DNA of 60,876 nucleotides, the filler included, from Dirinaria sp. TL-2023a (Eukaryota): NCBI GenBank assembly GCA_051941275.1. It is 12 parts of 12 records of this genome, joined end to end, with 100 filler letters (N's around TTAATTAATTAA, not from the genome) between each part and the next. Parts side by side here need not be neighbours in the genome. Positions count along the whole stretch, not along the records: positions 35,656 to 40,629 come from JAVEBF010001744.1; positions 40,730 to 45,696 come from JAVEBF010001745.1; positions 45,797 to 50,760 come from JAVEBF010001746.1; 9 more parts are not named here. One strand, given 5' to 3'. The position numbers and the translations under genes are program-made. Shown here one piece after another: positions 37,485 to 50,586 of this stretch; the first letter of the stretch is position 1; the number at the start of each line of letters is the position of its first letter. A model generated the notes under the pieces. The model did no database searches and was not told the DNA's origin. It saw only the letters and a program-made list of their open reading frames with translations.

Positions 37485-38648
37485 AATACAAGTGGGTTGT
37501 AGTAGAGGATGTTAATGTCGCTTGCAGTTTTGTGTCATGGGAGGTTTTTCAGATAATGTTCTAAATGATCAGAATATAGAATGAAGGAGGGAGACGATTG
37601 TACCTCTACTTGGGCCTACAAGACGCAGGTAAAAGGCTATGAAATTCACCCACTGGTTTCAATTTGGTATATTGGCCGAAGCAGGGTATCTCATTCGCAA
37701 ACGCATGCCATGCTCCCTGTTCGCATGACGCAGAGAAGCATCCCCGGCTCGGCGTTGTCCTTGCGGCCACCCACATGAGGTGTCACAGATTGTGCGGCTG
37801 ACGCTGTAGCTATGTCCGACCGATCCTTGCTAGCTGAGAGCATTGCCATCACTTCATTACGCCGAGTCAAATGCGTTCCCAAAGAGACGAGGCAGAATGT
37901 GGCCGCTGATGCGGTCCTAACTGGCGCGCTTGGCGAACAAGGCAACTGGGCTAAGGTAAGATTACTATGTACGGAGATCGACGACATAAGTCCTGGCTAA
38001 GTGGCTAGCGTCACGTACGCCAAGGCCAGTCGTCCAGGTAACTACAGGTAGACTTTGAAGAGCCTGGGTAGCAAATTGGAACGCTCGGGTGATAATATTA
38101 GGTGGTCCCCTAGGCGACTTTCAGCTGACTCCACCTGTAGCATTGACCGCGCTAGCCAGGACTTATGGCGCGGACCTCCGTATCTGGATACAGTAACACT
38201 CCTCCGAGCTCCCAACCGTACATACGTATGATTGATCGTCATCCAGCAGCATTTCAGGCTACCTTAGTTGCGTTCACCCCATCAATGGTTCCATTATTCC
38301 CGAACCATGCACGTACGAAACCATTTGCAGTGACCCAGCAAAACCGTTCGTCAATGACGCACTTGTGCTGCTATGTCCGCCAGATCCGAGTAGATCGACA
38401 TCAGCCCCTCCGGAGGCGTATGCCTCAATGCGCATCTTGAAACAGACCTTGCAGTCGAGGTTACAATTCGAAGTCATAAGACCGCCGCCTGGCGCAACTT
38501 GAGCCAGCGCTTTGCCTTCCTTTCCCTTGCTGCCAGCGAAGGTCGCTGATCCCGGACTATTTTGCCGATGCGTCCGATGTAAAGCCCCAGAGTGAAATTC
38601 GACATTCGCGCGTATCCTTCTGCTTCCGCTATAGCTTACAGGTTTGTT

Positions 38649-40249
38649 ATGGCTTATACTTTGGGAATTTTGGGGGCAATTGCCACAATATATTCGATCT
38701 CATATGCTCTCCGAGCATGGTCATTGCGTTCTCGTTTCCGCAAAGCTTCGCATCAATTTGGCTGCAAGCTACCAATACGTTATCCTAATTGGGACCCGTT
38801 CTTAGGCATAGACCTTTTCGCCATCCTCCGCCAGGCTGATCGTCATGGGCGGCGTTCACTTGCTTACGCGAATCTCCACAAACATTATGGAACGACTTTC
38901 GAGATGAAGGCTTTGAGCGTTTCCATACAAACCGCAGACGCGGAAAATATTCAGGCTATATCAGCTACAAAATTCAACGACTTTGGTGTCGGTCCGATAA
39001 GAGGCAACATTGGTGCCCCATTCCTGGATCGAGGTGTCTTTACAGATGATGGGGAGTTCTGGAAACATTCCAGAGCGCTTATACGGCCTACTTTCAATCG
39101 AGCGGGAATCGCAGACCTGAACAGCTTTGAGCGACATGTTGGCCGTTTCTTAGCTCTTATTCCAAAAGATTCAAGTGCTTTCGATATGCAGCCTTTGGTG
39201 AAAAGACTGGTGAGCTCCCATTGTCCTTGTTGTGTTTAATAAGGGATTTAATGCTTTGCTCTCAGTTTCTAGACACCTCTAGTGAGTTTCTTTTCGGGCA
39301 ATCGATAGAGTCGCTTCTCCCACAGACTCCATTCGACACTGCAGAGTTCATGAAAGCATTCGATTACTCTCTACTTGGGTTGGCACTTCGACTCCTTGCC
39401 GGACCTCTCAAATTCCTCTTTTTCTTCGACCCAACTTGGAAAAAGGCCTATACTAAAGTTCATGCCTTTGTTGATAGGCATGTAGCCCATGCAATCGAGA
39501 AGCATCGAGAGATCACCAAAGGTGGGAAACCTATCAGTCATGCTGCGCCGCCAAAGTACATCCTCCTTCACGAAATGGCAGCAGAAACTCAGGATCCTTA
39601 TTACTTGAGATCACAGATCTTGAACGTCTTCTTTCCCGCACGGGATACAGCAGCGATTGCCTTTGGTAATATCATGTTCGAACTCGCCCGACAGCCGCGA
39701 ATTTGGCAGGATCTCCGCGCAGAGGTCCTTCGTATTGGCTCGCAGATCATCACTTTTGAGCTTCTTAAGAGTCTTAAAGTTGTCAAAGCTGTTATCAACG
39801 AAACACTCCGTTTGCATCTTCCAGCATCACGGATAACCCGTGTCGCCCTTCGGGATACCGTACTTCCTGTCGGCGGCGGCGGTGATGGAAGATCGCCACT
39901 TTTTGTGACCAAGGGCCAGCTGGTGGAAATGGACCTATTCACGCTTCAGAGAGATCCTGATATTTGGGGTCACGATGCGCACGAATTTAAGCCAGGCCGT
40001 TGGGACGAAGGCCGGCCGTTGTGGGAAGCTAAGTGGCAGTATGAACCTTTCTTAGGCGGCATGCGTATGTGTCCAGCTCAAGGTCAAGTCCTCCTGCAGC
40101 TTGCTTATCTACTAGTAAGAGTGACTCAAGAATTTGAATCTATAGAGAATAGGGATGAGGAGATTAATTACATAGAAGAGATAAAGATGACAGTGGAAAG
40201 TAGGAATGGCGTCAAGATTGCACTAATCCCAGCTCAGTGCAGCGATTGA
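38649..40249 (+). CDS. Cytochrome P450 (CYP52 clan-like), about 514 aa, 2 exons
   Basis: Exons 38649-39209 and 39266-40249. N-terminal anchor, GVFTDDGEFWKHSRALIRPTF, I-helix FFPARDTAA, ETLRL, FKPGRW and heme motif PFLGGMRMCPAQ. Confidence 0.93.
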
Positions 40250-40729
40250 GTAGGTACGAATCTCGAAGTCTACCTATGTGCTTTAGAATGAGTGCAGGCA
40301 AATCATCACTTGGTTGTGCGAATTTCTTCAGCCGCGCCTTGCATCTCAACCTCCGCTACCTCCTTTAGAGATCATAGATGTACTCTCAGACCTTTCAATA
40401 GCCTACGGTCAATACTTGAAAGATTGACATGGCTGGAGAAGCGGCGTTATTACGAACCTGAAGGCGTATAGGTTCATGAGGGATGCATGCAGCGAATATG
40501 CACCATGTTCAGGGTCACGGCCCACGCTGATGTTACCATTATCTCATAGAGATAGATAAGTGGCGCTTTAGCCTTTGATTTAATAATTTCTATCCCTAAA
40601 TGCCATTCAGATGAGCAGTAGTGAATTAANNNNNNNNNNNNNNNNNNNNNNNNNNNNNNNNNNNNNNNNNNNNTTAATTAATTAANNNNNNNNNNNNNNN
40701 NNNNNNNNNNNNNNNNNNNNNNNNNNNNN

Positions 40730-40978
40730 GTACAGAAGAGGGAGGCTACGCAATCGCTGTTTGTGACCCCGCAGAGCCATGCTGAGCTTGTGAGAGACAC
40801 GGTGGCGGTTTTGGAGTCGTATAGTAAGGGGACGCCGGAGAGTTTGAAGAAGTTTTATACGGCGAGGGAGAGGATTGCGAGAGAGGATGCGGGGGGCGGT
40901 CGGAGCGGTGGTGGGGAGAATGCACCGCCGACGGGGCAGGGGTATGATGCTAGTCGGGATCCGAGGCTAAGGAGGTAG
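40730..40978 (+). CDS. 3' end of an unidentified gene truncated by the linker
   Basis: Frame open from contig start: VQKREATQSLFVTPQSHAELVRDTVAVLESY...YDASRDPRLRR*. Confidence 0.55.
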   Translation, partial: VQKREATQSLFVTPQSHAELVRDTVAVLESYSKGTPESLKKFYTARERIAREDAGGGRSGGGENAPPTGQGYDASRDPRLRR

Positions 40979-41387
40979 GTGCTATTATGGTGCTATTTGA
41001 ACAGGTGGCGTTCTCTCTGCATTTGCGGATTGGGGAGGTTTTTGGGGTTTGCGTACAGGTTAAGAGCAAGAGGCTATGGAAATATAGCGTAGAGTTCAGC
41101 CATTGACTAGCGATGATCAGACAGAAAGTGCGTCTAAGAGGCACCATTGTATTTCATTGGGGGTTTACGTCTGTTTAGAGGACACATCCAATCAGCTTCT
41201 CGGCGCGCTGGGTCTACGAATGATTCCTGGATTCAAGGTCAAGAATTCAATGTATTAGGAACTCCTATGGAAAACTTATATAGTAGAAATGAAGATGAAA
41301 AACAAATCCAGCCTCAGAGCCAAAAGGGGAAAAAGTTAAGTGGACAAATACAGGGAGAAAAGAACAGGGAAACGATAAATGAAACCA

Positions 41388-42178
41388 CTAAGAGCTGCCA
41401 TTGATCTTGTGTTCGGAATCCTCCTCTTTAACAGAGCCGAGCGAGCTTCCCTCTTCGACCCCGCTAAAGCCGACCTTTCTACCACGGTCTTGACTCGCAT
41501 CCCTGGCATCCGGCACGCTTCTGCCCTCCAGATGCCACTCCTGGATACTGCGGATGATGTCCACAGCCAGCTGCCCATTCTTCTTCAACGCCCGCTCCCA
41601 ATGGGGCGGCATCGAATCCGCCAGAGTAAGATACCTGGCAACGCTACTAACCATCATCTCCCGCATCTGATTATCTTCCCCCGTGTTCGCGTACACATAT
41701 TGCACCCGTCGCAACCCTGGATACGTCTCGTTGTTGTGGTAGAACGCTCGGACTGTCTCCACCACATCTTCGGCTAGTTTGGCCATCTCGAACTTCTCGG
41801 CCAGGAAGTAGAGATCGAGCAGTGGGCCGACATCCTTTTCTTCCTCTGGGTAGCGCAGCGCTTTTGAATAGAGCCAGCCTACGAGCAGTTCGAAGGGGAG
41901 ATCGTCGGATTCAGGGACTCCGAAAGTCTTGGACGAGGCGCTCTGGCTTTTGTTGTTGTAGAAGGTGCGTGTAAAGAAAGGTGAGTGATAGCATAAAAGC
42001 TTTTCGTGGAGAACCCAGTGCGTCGACTCCGGACCGATGTAGATGTCTACCAGGCTGGTGGAGAGGAGCCTTTGGAAGGTCTTAGTACTTGTAACTACCA
42101 ACTGAGAATGCGAGAGGGGAGGGGCATGAGATGCACGCACTCGTTGAGAGGCTTCTCGGGCTTCTCAGTGTCGGACAT
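41388..42178 (-). CDS. BTB/POZ-domain protein
   Basis: Short first exon MSDTEKPEKPLN (ATG 42178, donor gtgcgt), then LVDIYIGPESTHWVLHEKLLCYHSPFF..FELLVGWLY..LLDLYFLAEKF, typical of fungal BTB proteins. The first acceptor is uncertain. Confidence 0.85.
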
Positions 42179-42686
42179 GGCTTCCTCCTTGATTCTATCG
42201 CTCGCGGTATGGAGGGAATGCGCAATTGCGTACTTATGGTATAACACAGGAAGGATGTACTGGATATGGAGTCGAAGTGAAATGAGCAACCGAAGAGCAA
42301 AGCCAAGCCCGCAGAGTAATCGAACAAGATTTCTGTAGTTTAGGATGACGGGGAGGTTGGGTTTGATGTTGTCCCCAGGCCAAGGAAGTGGCTCAAGAGT
42401 GGCTGGGCGCCCGAATGACGTCCTTGGACCCTGAATCGAGGCTCGGGACTTGCCGCAGCCTAAGGTGGGTAAGACCCTGAGAGTTCGGCTTCTCTTGGCA
42501 GCAGCTTCAAGAAAATAATGGGGCCTACGTTCTTTAATGTACTAAGTCTGTCAACGATCAAAACATCTGATCGCGGTTGAAGAGGGATTCTTGTACTGTC
42601 TTATGCCGTCGCAGCAAATTCATTCATGTAGCCTCAGCCACAGGTCCTTCATCTGACGAATGGCTTCTCTTGCAAATAGGTAAGGT

Positions 42687-45250
42687 ATGGAGTTATCAAG
42701 CTTTCCGGATTGGACGAAGATAGGACGGCGTATTGGTAAGAGACTTCGAGATATACTGGATCCGCCCAAAAACACTGGACCTTCAAAAGAAGAGAGACGA
42801 GAGCAGCGCCTTCGCGATGTCTTGAAAGGCTTCACTTATTTTGATACTTTTGACGAAGTATTCAATTGGACTCGAGACGATGTCCACCCAGTACAGCCAG
42901 CAAACACACCTTTGCTGAAGCGGTCCCGGACTGCTGGCCACACTCAAGCAGGTCGACGCGCAAAATTAATCTTGTGCCATGATTACCATGGGGGCTACCA
43001 TGATTATGAAAGCGTCCGCCCGGATGTCCTGCAGAATGAGCTATATAGCTGTCACTATCTCCAGTACGTGGACACATTCATCTACTTCTCCCACAAGCTG
43101 GTGTCTTGTCCACCACCAACATGGATCAACTTATTACACCGCAATGGGGTAAAGGTGCTTGGTACTTTTATAGTCGAGCCGCAGACACAAGACATTGAGC
43201 GCATGCTGGAATGTGAGGATCGCAAATACACCGTTGCGCATAAGTTAGCCATGATGGCGGATGCTCTAGGTTTCGATGGGTGGCTGTTGAACATTGAACA
43301 GGAGTTTCCAGATCATGTCCCAAACCTTACTACGCAGTTATGTGACTTTATTTATGAGCTAAAACGATACCTAAGTCGAGATAAGTCGGTTATCTGGTAC
43401 GATGCGTTGAACACTGATAATGAGGTTGAATACCAAAACGGCCTTACGACAAAAAACGCAGCCTTTGCTAAAGATGCAGAGGAGCTATTGACCAACTACA
43501 AGTGGACCACAAGAATTCTCCAAGAATCTACAGCCGTTGCCGAGGATATCGGTATCAGCTCTTTATCAGTATCTTTTGGGATCGACGTCTGGGCTCAGAA
43601 TACAAACATGCCAGGTCCACCAAGAGTCACTTACCCTGCTAAAGGTGGTGGAGGTACAAACACTGGCTTGGTAAGCAGCAAATTTCTTATTTATCCTCAT
43701 TTTGGGCAATTAAGAATGCCTCCAGATTTATTTCCCTTCCCCGCTCTTACCAAGTCACTCGAGCAATGCCTTCTTTTCTACTCTTTTTGGGCAGGCTATT
43801 GATCAAGCCTGCTGCATCAATGTGAAAGCTATGTCTCTAGGTCCATTGTCCCGTCAAAATTTGCTGGCTTTGCCATTTGTAGGATGATTTCCAAACTTGC
43901 ACGCTTTGAAAAAGAGAACTACCCTGTATGATTGTTTGAACTATAGTCTGCGCCAGCAGAGTTTTGACTTTCCCTCAGGCGGTGAGGGCCCTCGCGCAGG
44001 CAAGCTTTTCTGCCACAGTATTCGCACCTGCCTGGACTCACGAACATTTCTCAACCGCCCTGCCAGTAGAGTCGGACTGTAGGCGTAGAGCGTCAATTGC
44101 GTCTCAGGTTGATCGCTCGATGTGGGAAGGATTTACCTTGCCGAAAGACCTTGGCTGCGATTGCCACAAAGGCAAACCACATCATACTGCTGAATACCAA
44201 AAATGCCCCATAATCGAGTGGGCCGTGGAATACCCAGCCGGATCGGAATCATATCTGCAGACCGACTTTGTTCAGCCTTTTCGAACCTGCGAGAACGGGA
44301 TCTATTCTGCTCTAGGCTCTCAGGCGGTCTTGCCCCATCTTCTACCCGTGCCAGCCGCAGAATGGGAGAATCTAAGAGGTGACGATGCCAGAGAATGTCT
44401 TTATGCGTGCTATGAAAATGATTCATTTTGTATTCGAATCAAGTCTATTGAAAACAACTCCAGCAGCAAACAGGGAAGGACCAATACGGACAATATCGAT
44501 GACTCTTCCATGCGCGATCATCTACGATTAGCTCTCTTCAAGCTTGACATGATTTGCAACGGCAGCCTTCATGCAATCATCGAGTTTAACGACTTGGAGA
44601 CGTCGACCGCTAAAGGCTTTTACTTCGCATATGAAGAATTGCGCTCGAGAAAAATGCAACATCAATATCACGAGATCCAATCCACGGAGTTGGGACATGC
44701 AGCAATTACACTGCAAGCCGCCGGCGATGCGGATTCGCGACTCGTTGAATGTGGAGTGTATTGCCAAGCATTTCCCACAGCACGGTCATTCGATCCATTG
44801 CTCAGGATCAGCTCGCTTTGCATCAAACCGATTCAACACATTGATCCCAAGTTCGAGGTCGTGAACGTTCAGACAAAACGGGAGGAGCGAGATGGCGTCG
44901 CCGAGACTTGGATTACATGGGAGTGGCAAGACTCCGTGAAGAAATGGCCAAGGAGTTTGTCCAACGTTTTGCCCTGGAGCTCGACCACAGGGCCCTTCGC
45001 ATACTTCAGCGTCGAAATCGACGGCAAGGAAGTTGGGAGAGCTCACTGTCTCCAATTTCCCTTGCGCAAGGAAGACTTGGAGGAGGGCGAGGGGGAGGAG
45101 GTGGTGGTAGGTATTGGAGGTTATGTATTCGGGAGCGGTACCTGTGTGAGGAGGACGTCGGTATTGTCGGTCAGTCGAAGCGAATTGCGTCTGGAGGTGG
45201 TCGGTAGTGACTGGTGCTTGTTGGCTGAAAGATCCGAGGGTCGTGGATGA
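42687..45250 (+). CDS. Cytosolic endo-beta-N-acetylglucosaminidase, GH85, about 751 aa, 2 exons
   Basis: Exons 42687-43670 and 43979-45250 (308-bp intron). Motifs LCHDYHGGY, FIYFSH..PP..W...HRNGVKVLGT, GFDGWLLNIE (catalytic NxE), VIWYDA, TNY.W, GIDVW and FAPAWTHE. No signal peptide. Confidence 0.9.
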
Positions 45251-45659
45251 CTGATGCTCGATGGTGTCATCGCTTACCCGATTCGGCGACCAACCGAGTG
45301 ATGTGGGCATGCAGATGGGGACCGTGGGAGAAATGGATCTAGACCGATTCCATACAGAGTTATCCGGGCGACTGGGCACCTTACCTTACTTTATGCTTCG
45401 ATAGCAGCATTAATATTCTTGATGATTCTGATGAACAAGGTGTATGAAGAATTATCCCGCTTGTGCATAAATGGCTCCCCAATGTACTGTACCTTAATTG
45501 CTTCCACTATTTGAGTACAAGGTATCTTTTGATGTAATCTTACCATAGATGATCACTCACCTTAACCACCCACACGCCTCGCACCGCAGTCGCACACCAT
45601 GATTTGGTAGGTTCGGATTAGTTGAAACGTCCAAGCTTGGGACCCTTTTTGGCTGCCCT

Positions 45660-45696
45660 GCCTCTCTCCCCCTGCCTCTCTCCCCCTGCCTACTCT
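45660..45696 (+). repeat. Pyrimidine-rich tandem repeat (CCTCTCTCCCCCTG) at contig end
   Basis: Two full units plus a partial unit immediately before the linker. Confidence 0.7.
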
Positions 45697-46246
45697 NNNN
45701 NNNNNNNNNNNNNNNNNNNNNNNNNNNNNNNNNNNNNNNNTTAATTAATTAANNNNNNNNNNNNNNNNNNNNNNNNNNNNNNNNNNNNNNNNNNNNGGTG
45801 TTTGAATGTAATTGTTTAGAACATGGTAGTAAGAGCTCAAGTCTCAGGTCTACTTCCGCCATCGTGGCTACGATTGCAGGTTGCATGTGTTTGCTCATTG
45901 AAAGTTCTAACAGATGTGTGATGAGCCTTGCCCACGAGTCTCAGATCTGAATCCATTGAAGCTTTCGCGCAGGAGCGTGCCAAGCACGAATTAGCCTCTG
46001 CATCGCTCCTGAGGCGATGGATCCTATGAATCATCAAGAACAGACCTATTTTTTATGTTAATTTCCCCTTTTTCCGTAGTCCTGATATGACTATCTAGCC
46101 CACTGTTCTCATCTCGAATCTTGGCCCAACATAGAATTGTTGCCAATGTTTTATGTCAGCTTGGGCGTTGGTGTGTGGGTGCGTCGATGTTCTCGGTAGC
46201 TGGTAGCTGGCTGAGCCTTGTCTTCCTCTTGCGATTGCTCATTTTT

Positions 46247-47888
46247 CTATGTATCCTGAACATGTGTTTGCGCTTCTTTGTCTTGCGATGCTGGATGCTC
46301 CTCAAACTTGTCGTCCATTGGCTCTACGGCCGGGCTTACTCCATTCGTTGCCAGGGTATCTTCCGCTTGTTTTTGAGATTGCTTGCTTGTAAATGGCTGT
46401 CCTGGATCGTCCTGCGCTCTTTCATCCTGGGATTGTTCGTGCTCTCCAATCCCCTCTTCCATTTGCTCCACGGTGGGGCTTGCTCGGTTCGTTGCGTGTT
46501 TGCTCTCTGCCTGTTCTAATTGCTGTTCTTTACTACCTCTGCGTGCCATCTTTGAATCCTTGACAGCTGAAGGAGATACATCTACTGACTCGCAATGCTT
46601 TCGCTTTTTGGGTTGCTCTTGGTTTTCTTGTGCTGCTTCCTCCTGCGAATTACGGGTACTCTCCTGTTGACTGATTTCTTCTTCCATTTCCTCCATCCCA
46701 CTTACCTCCTGATCATCGATACTCCCACATACCTGGTCTTTCTCCTGCCGCAGAGTATCCGGGATGTCATGAACAAGAGCGTCAAACGCAATTAAGTTGC
46801 TCTCTTGAGCTTTGGCCTCTTCGACCCACTGCGACTTACATCGCCATAGGACGTCGGCGCTCAGAGCCATTTCGTCGAGAACGGCTTTCAGATATTTAGA
46901 GGGAAGGTTGCTCATCGCTTCACGCAGCTCACTTGAGCTAGTATAGTTCTTTTTTTCCTGACACCATCTGCGTTCTGCCTTTACAAAGCGAATGGTATAT
47001 ACCTCGTCGTTCCCGGCACGATAGCAACACAGAATATTCTTCATGTCACTCATCATGGACTTAACCGCTTCCTCAGTAGCTTCCTCTACAAATGTAGCCC
47101 CTGCTGTGATATTCAGCGGCTGATCATAAAAAATCAGAGTGCTTCCTTTGCATACCATCCTCAAGCATCCTATAAGCTTCCTCCGGGTGGATGGTGGCTT
47201 TATCATCCAGTGCACGCTGCATATTCTGTCTGACCTGCGATTTCAGGCTCTCCACTTTAAATGGTAATCTTTTCCATCGTGTGTAGCAAATAAAGTCCTT
47301 GATTCTACCACATGAGCGCTGATAATTGGCTAATCGAGCCGCGTCACTTTTGATCAATGTAGTGGCACCATGACTAAAATCATCATCCTCAGGTGGCGAA
47401 AGGTGGTCATTTTTACTCGGGCCTGCAAGGAGTATGTATTCGATATCAAAACCATCCTCGCTCGCTACGTCTTTCAAACGGCTGAGAAATCCACTCAAAG
47501 TACCACATCCGGCTTCGTAAACCCACGCCCAATCAGGAAAGCAAAAATCCTGTTTCCAGAGCATGGAGCGCTCCTCCCGGCCGAATACGAAACTGCCGCC
47601 TGCCTTTTCGCATTTTCTAATGACATGTTCATCGCCAAGGGGTCGAATGATAGCTCCGATCACATTCAGACCGTGAGCACCATGGTAGAAGGTATGCTTC
47701 AGTAGGCGGAGGTGCCCTCGGTGAGGAGGGTTGAAAGACCCATTGTAGATTATGATGCGGTTGAGGCGCATACTGTCAAGCTGTGGAGCTGAGCGGGTGG
47801 GTGGAAAGATGTGCCCTTTTGGAACGTGGCTGGGATGCTTCGGCTCGTAATCATAGATTTTCTGTATGTACTGCTCCAGCAAGGCCAT
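46247..47888 (-). CDS. HxGH nucleotidyltransferase (cytidylyltransferase-like) domain protein with long acidic/Gln-rich C-terminus, about 529 aa, 2 exons
   Basis: Exons 47888-47156 and 47103-46247 (1590 nt, in frame). RIIIYNGSFNPPHRGHLRLL, an ER..LW segment, LAGP, and a distal TSSSELR resembling the family SSS/T motif. The tail contains a PKKRK NLS-like sequence. Confidence 0.75.
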
Positions 47889-50369
47889 GTTCCTTGTATC
47901 TCAAGGCTTATCCCCTCGCCGACTGGGTTGAACTTGATTTCACAAGCTAAGGTGAGAATGTTTTGCAAATGTATTCCGCAGTGTGTTATCCTATTATTTC
48001 GGTGTGCCGTAATCTCTGCGAGCTAGTGGCTACTAGCGTCTCCTGGATGGTCACATATCGGCCTCAACCTTGCTCGTAACTTAGATTCCTAGCGTTCATA
48101 ATTCTTATTGTACTTCAACAAGACTTGTTGACTCTAGCGCGATTCTTCTTCGTGACTTTCTCACGGTTGTCCTGACAACCTCTCAGACAAGTCATCCGCG
48201 CGATGCCAAAACATGCGTCGTCTACACCGCCTTACGAAGTTTGGTAGAATGTTATGTAAAGTCACCCCTAGGAATGTTTCTTTCGTGACATCTCCAGGAC
48301 GTGGTACTAACGCTCAGGGGCGGCTACGATAGGATAAGTAAATCATAGCATGCTTGCTGTCCTAGTGCGACATTATCGATCTGAAGTCATATCGTTCGCT
48401 CTGTCTTCATCTCGATACGAGGAAAGGTTGCGAATTTCCAGAGACGGCAAAGATCTCTCTTCTGCGATTATCCAAAGCAGCGCCCTCCCACCACACGTAT
48501 GCCCGCCAGTCCAAGTTTCAAATTTCGCAGCGTTTTCTAATGACCTTTAACTTGTCAATTCGACCAATCCAGCTGATGAGAATCATTAGATTGCTTCTCC
48601 GAGCGACTACTCTGTGTAGTATCAAGAGGATAAAATCACCACCGACATCAGACTTCCCTGCGGTGGGCTCGATTTGCAGCTCCTTACGATTACGCGATCT
48701 CGTCAGTTAATCTGCATATTGATCTCAACTCTTGCTGCTACTATCGAAGGCTGTGTCACACACTGGTATTCATGTGGATGAAAAGGAATACTCTAGCAGC
48801 CTCTCTGTCTGATCAACAGTTCAACTTTGGGACCGATCATGGGGGATAGGGTAAGATCGCTGCAGGCGAAAGGCTCCTATTTTCAGGCTCGGTATTGATA
48901 AGGGGTTCTAATCAGTGCTCGCAAGTCGCGCCTCTGATTGACTGATAACATGTGCAATTGATGAGTGTGGAAGTCTCAAGTTTGCCGAAATATGCATGAA
49001 ATAAAGTAAGATTACCTAAGGTACGCCCTTGGGCCTAGACTGCTGACTAAGCAAAAGTACGGTAAGCGCCAAGAGCGCTTTTCGCCTTGCCCGTCCTAGC
49101 TCCTGAGTACCTATCTCTTCGCCAACCATCGTCCAGGCTTCTACCTGCATATAAAAGGCGCTGGTGAAGATCTCATCCAACTTTCCTGCTCGTCATTTGG
49201 CAGATTGCTTTCCTCCGCCGTTGGTTGCTACCAGAATTTGGGCGACAAGACCGCTTCTTCTGCTCGGATTCCCAGGATGCATTGGAGACTTTTGCGTCAC
49301 ATCGCTGAACTCGAGCCAGCCTCTCAGCACTTAGAAGTCCGGCATGTTGCTTTGCGCAAGAGAGTATGAGGTCAGACTCATTGAGAAGTTGCGGATTCTG
49401 CCAGTGGCATTTGCAGAACGATCCGCCCGCTGTCACCACCTTTGTTCGAGCCTTGGGCGGGACTGGGTTTAGAATTGATATCATTAGCTTGTAATAGTAA
49501 GCCATTGGCGCAGAAAATCGCCAAAGATGTTGTATAGACGCCGCAATCAACCAAGCCACCTGAGTGCACCATCAAGAAACGGTCGTTCGGAGCTTGATGC
49601 AAGCATCGTACCACGCTAGCGCTCGGCACGTTTGCTGTCACATCATGCCAGCTAGCCACATCTGCCTCTTTCGTCAAAAATTCAGCCAGCCACAAGGAAT
49701 TAACTGCTAAGATGGTAGCGTCTCGCCAGATTCACGGCATCTTTCCGTCGCAATTGATGAGTTCAGTATGATAAGAACGTACTTTTTATATTAGGGCGAA
49801 GTTTCTGATACTGCGTCGTAGAGAGAAGACAGAGCGAGCGCTGCGCCTGTCTGTATCCCTACAAAACCAAGCTCCAAGGTAAATGATTCAGATCTTTCTC
49901 TGAACCTTCTTGTCTCAAAAGTACTAGATGTAACGTCCGTAATCTTTTTGCAGGCTCGCCTTTATTGGTTCTGCCGAGGAAAGCTGTGAATGTAACCCGC
50001 ATACTGAAGCCATCTGATTTCGCTAGCTCATGCTATTGGCAAAGAGCGCTGCTGTGGCTTGATTGTTCAGCTTTGCTTTTCTAGCCACTGAGGTAATGAG
50101 TGTCTGACATGCTGCGAGTCAGGCTTGTGATCGTAGCGAAGCATTGAGGCATAGAGTATGGTCCAGCGGGGTTGCAATCGTGATGAATGCAACCCTCAAG
50201 CACGCTCTATCAATCACATTAACATAAAGCCATAGTCTATGACCCATCTCGAAGCTTCCGCAACTCAGGAACCACCGCTTTGTTGGCACATCTATCTACC
50301 CATCAGCATTCCGCACCCATTCAAACTCGAATAGCTTCTCTTTTAAATCTAAGACAGTCACTTCGCAAC

Positions 50370-50586
50370 ATGAAGCTCAACAAGCTGGCAACAGGTCTCA
50401 CTGCCTTTCTGACAGTACCTCTCACTGCTGCTCCGACTCCTGCGCCTTTTGAGGTCACTCTTTCGATTGACCCGGCTATCAAATCTTCTCAGCAGCCTTC
50501 GGACATCCAACTTCGGTTTGTAGGCGCACCGCCCTCAACCTTTTACGACATCAAGGCAAAAATGGATCACACACCTTTCCAGATAG
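50370..50586 (+). CDS. Small secreted protein, first exon (3' structure unresolved)
   Basis: MKLNKLATGLTAFLTVPLTAAPTPAP signal-like start, LRFVGAPPSTFYDI, possible donor gtccgt at 50587. The contig ends at 50760. Confidence 0.5.

Noticed and set aside
43671..43978. Unusually long (308 bp) GH85 intron as a possible snoRNA or element host
   Set aside because: No convincing box C/D pair, terminal stem or inverted repeats seen by eye.
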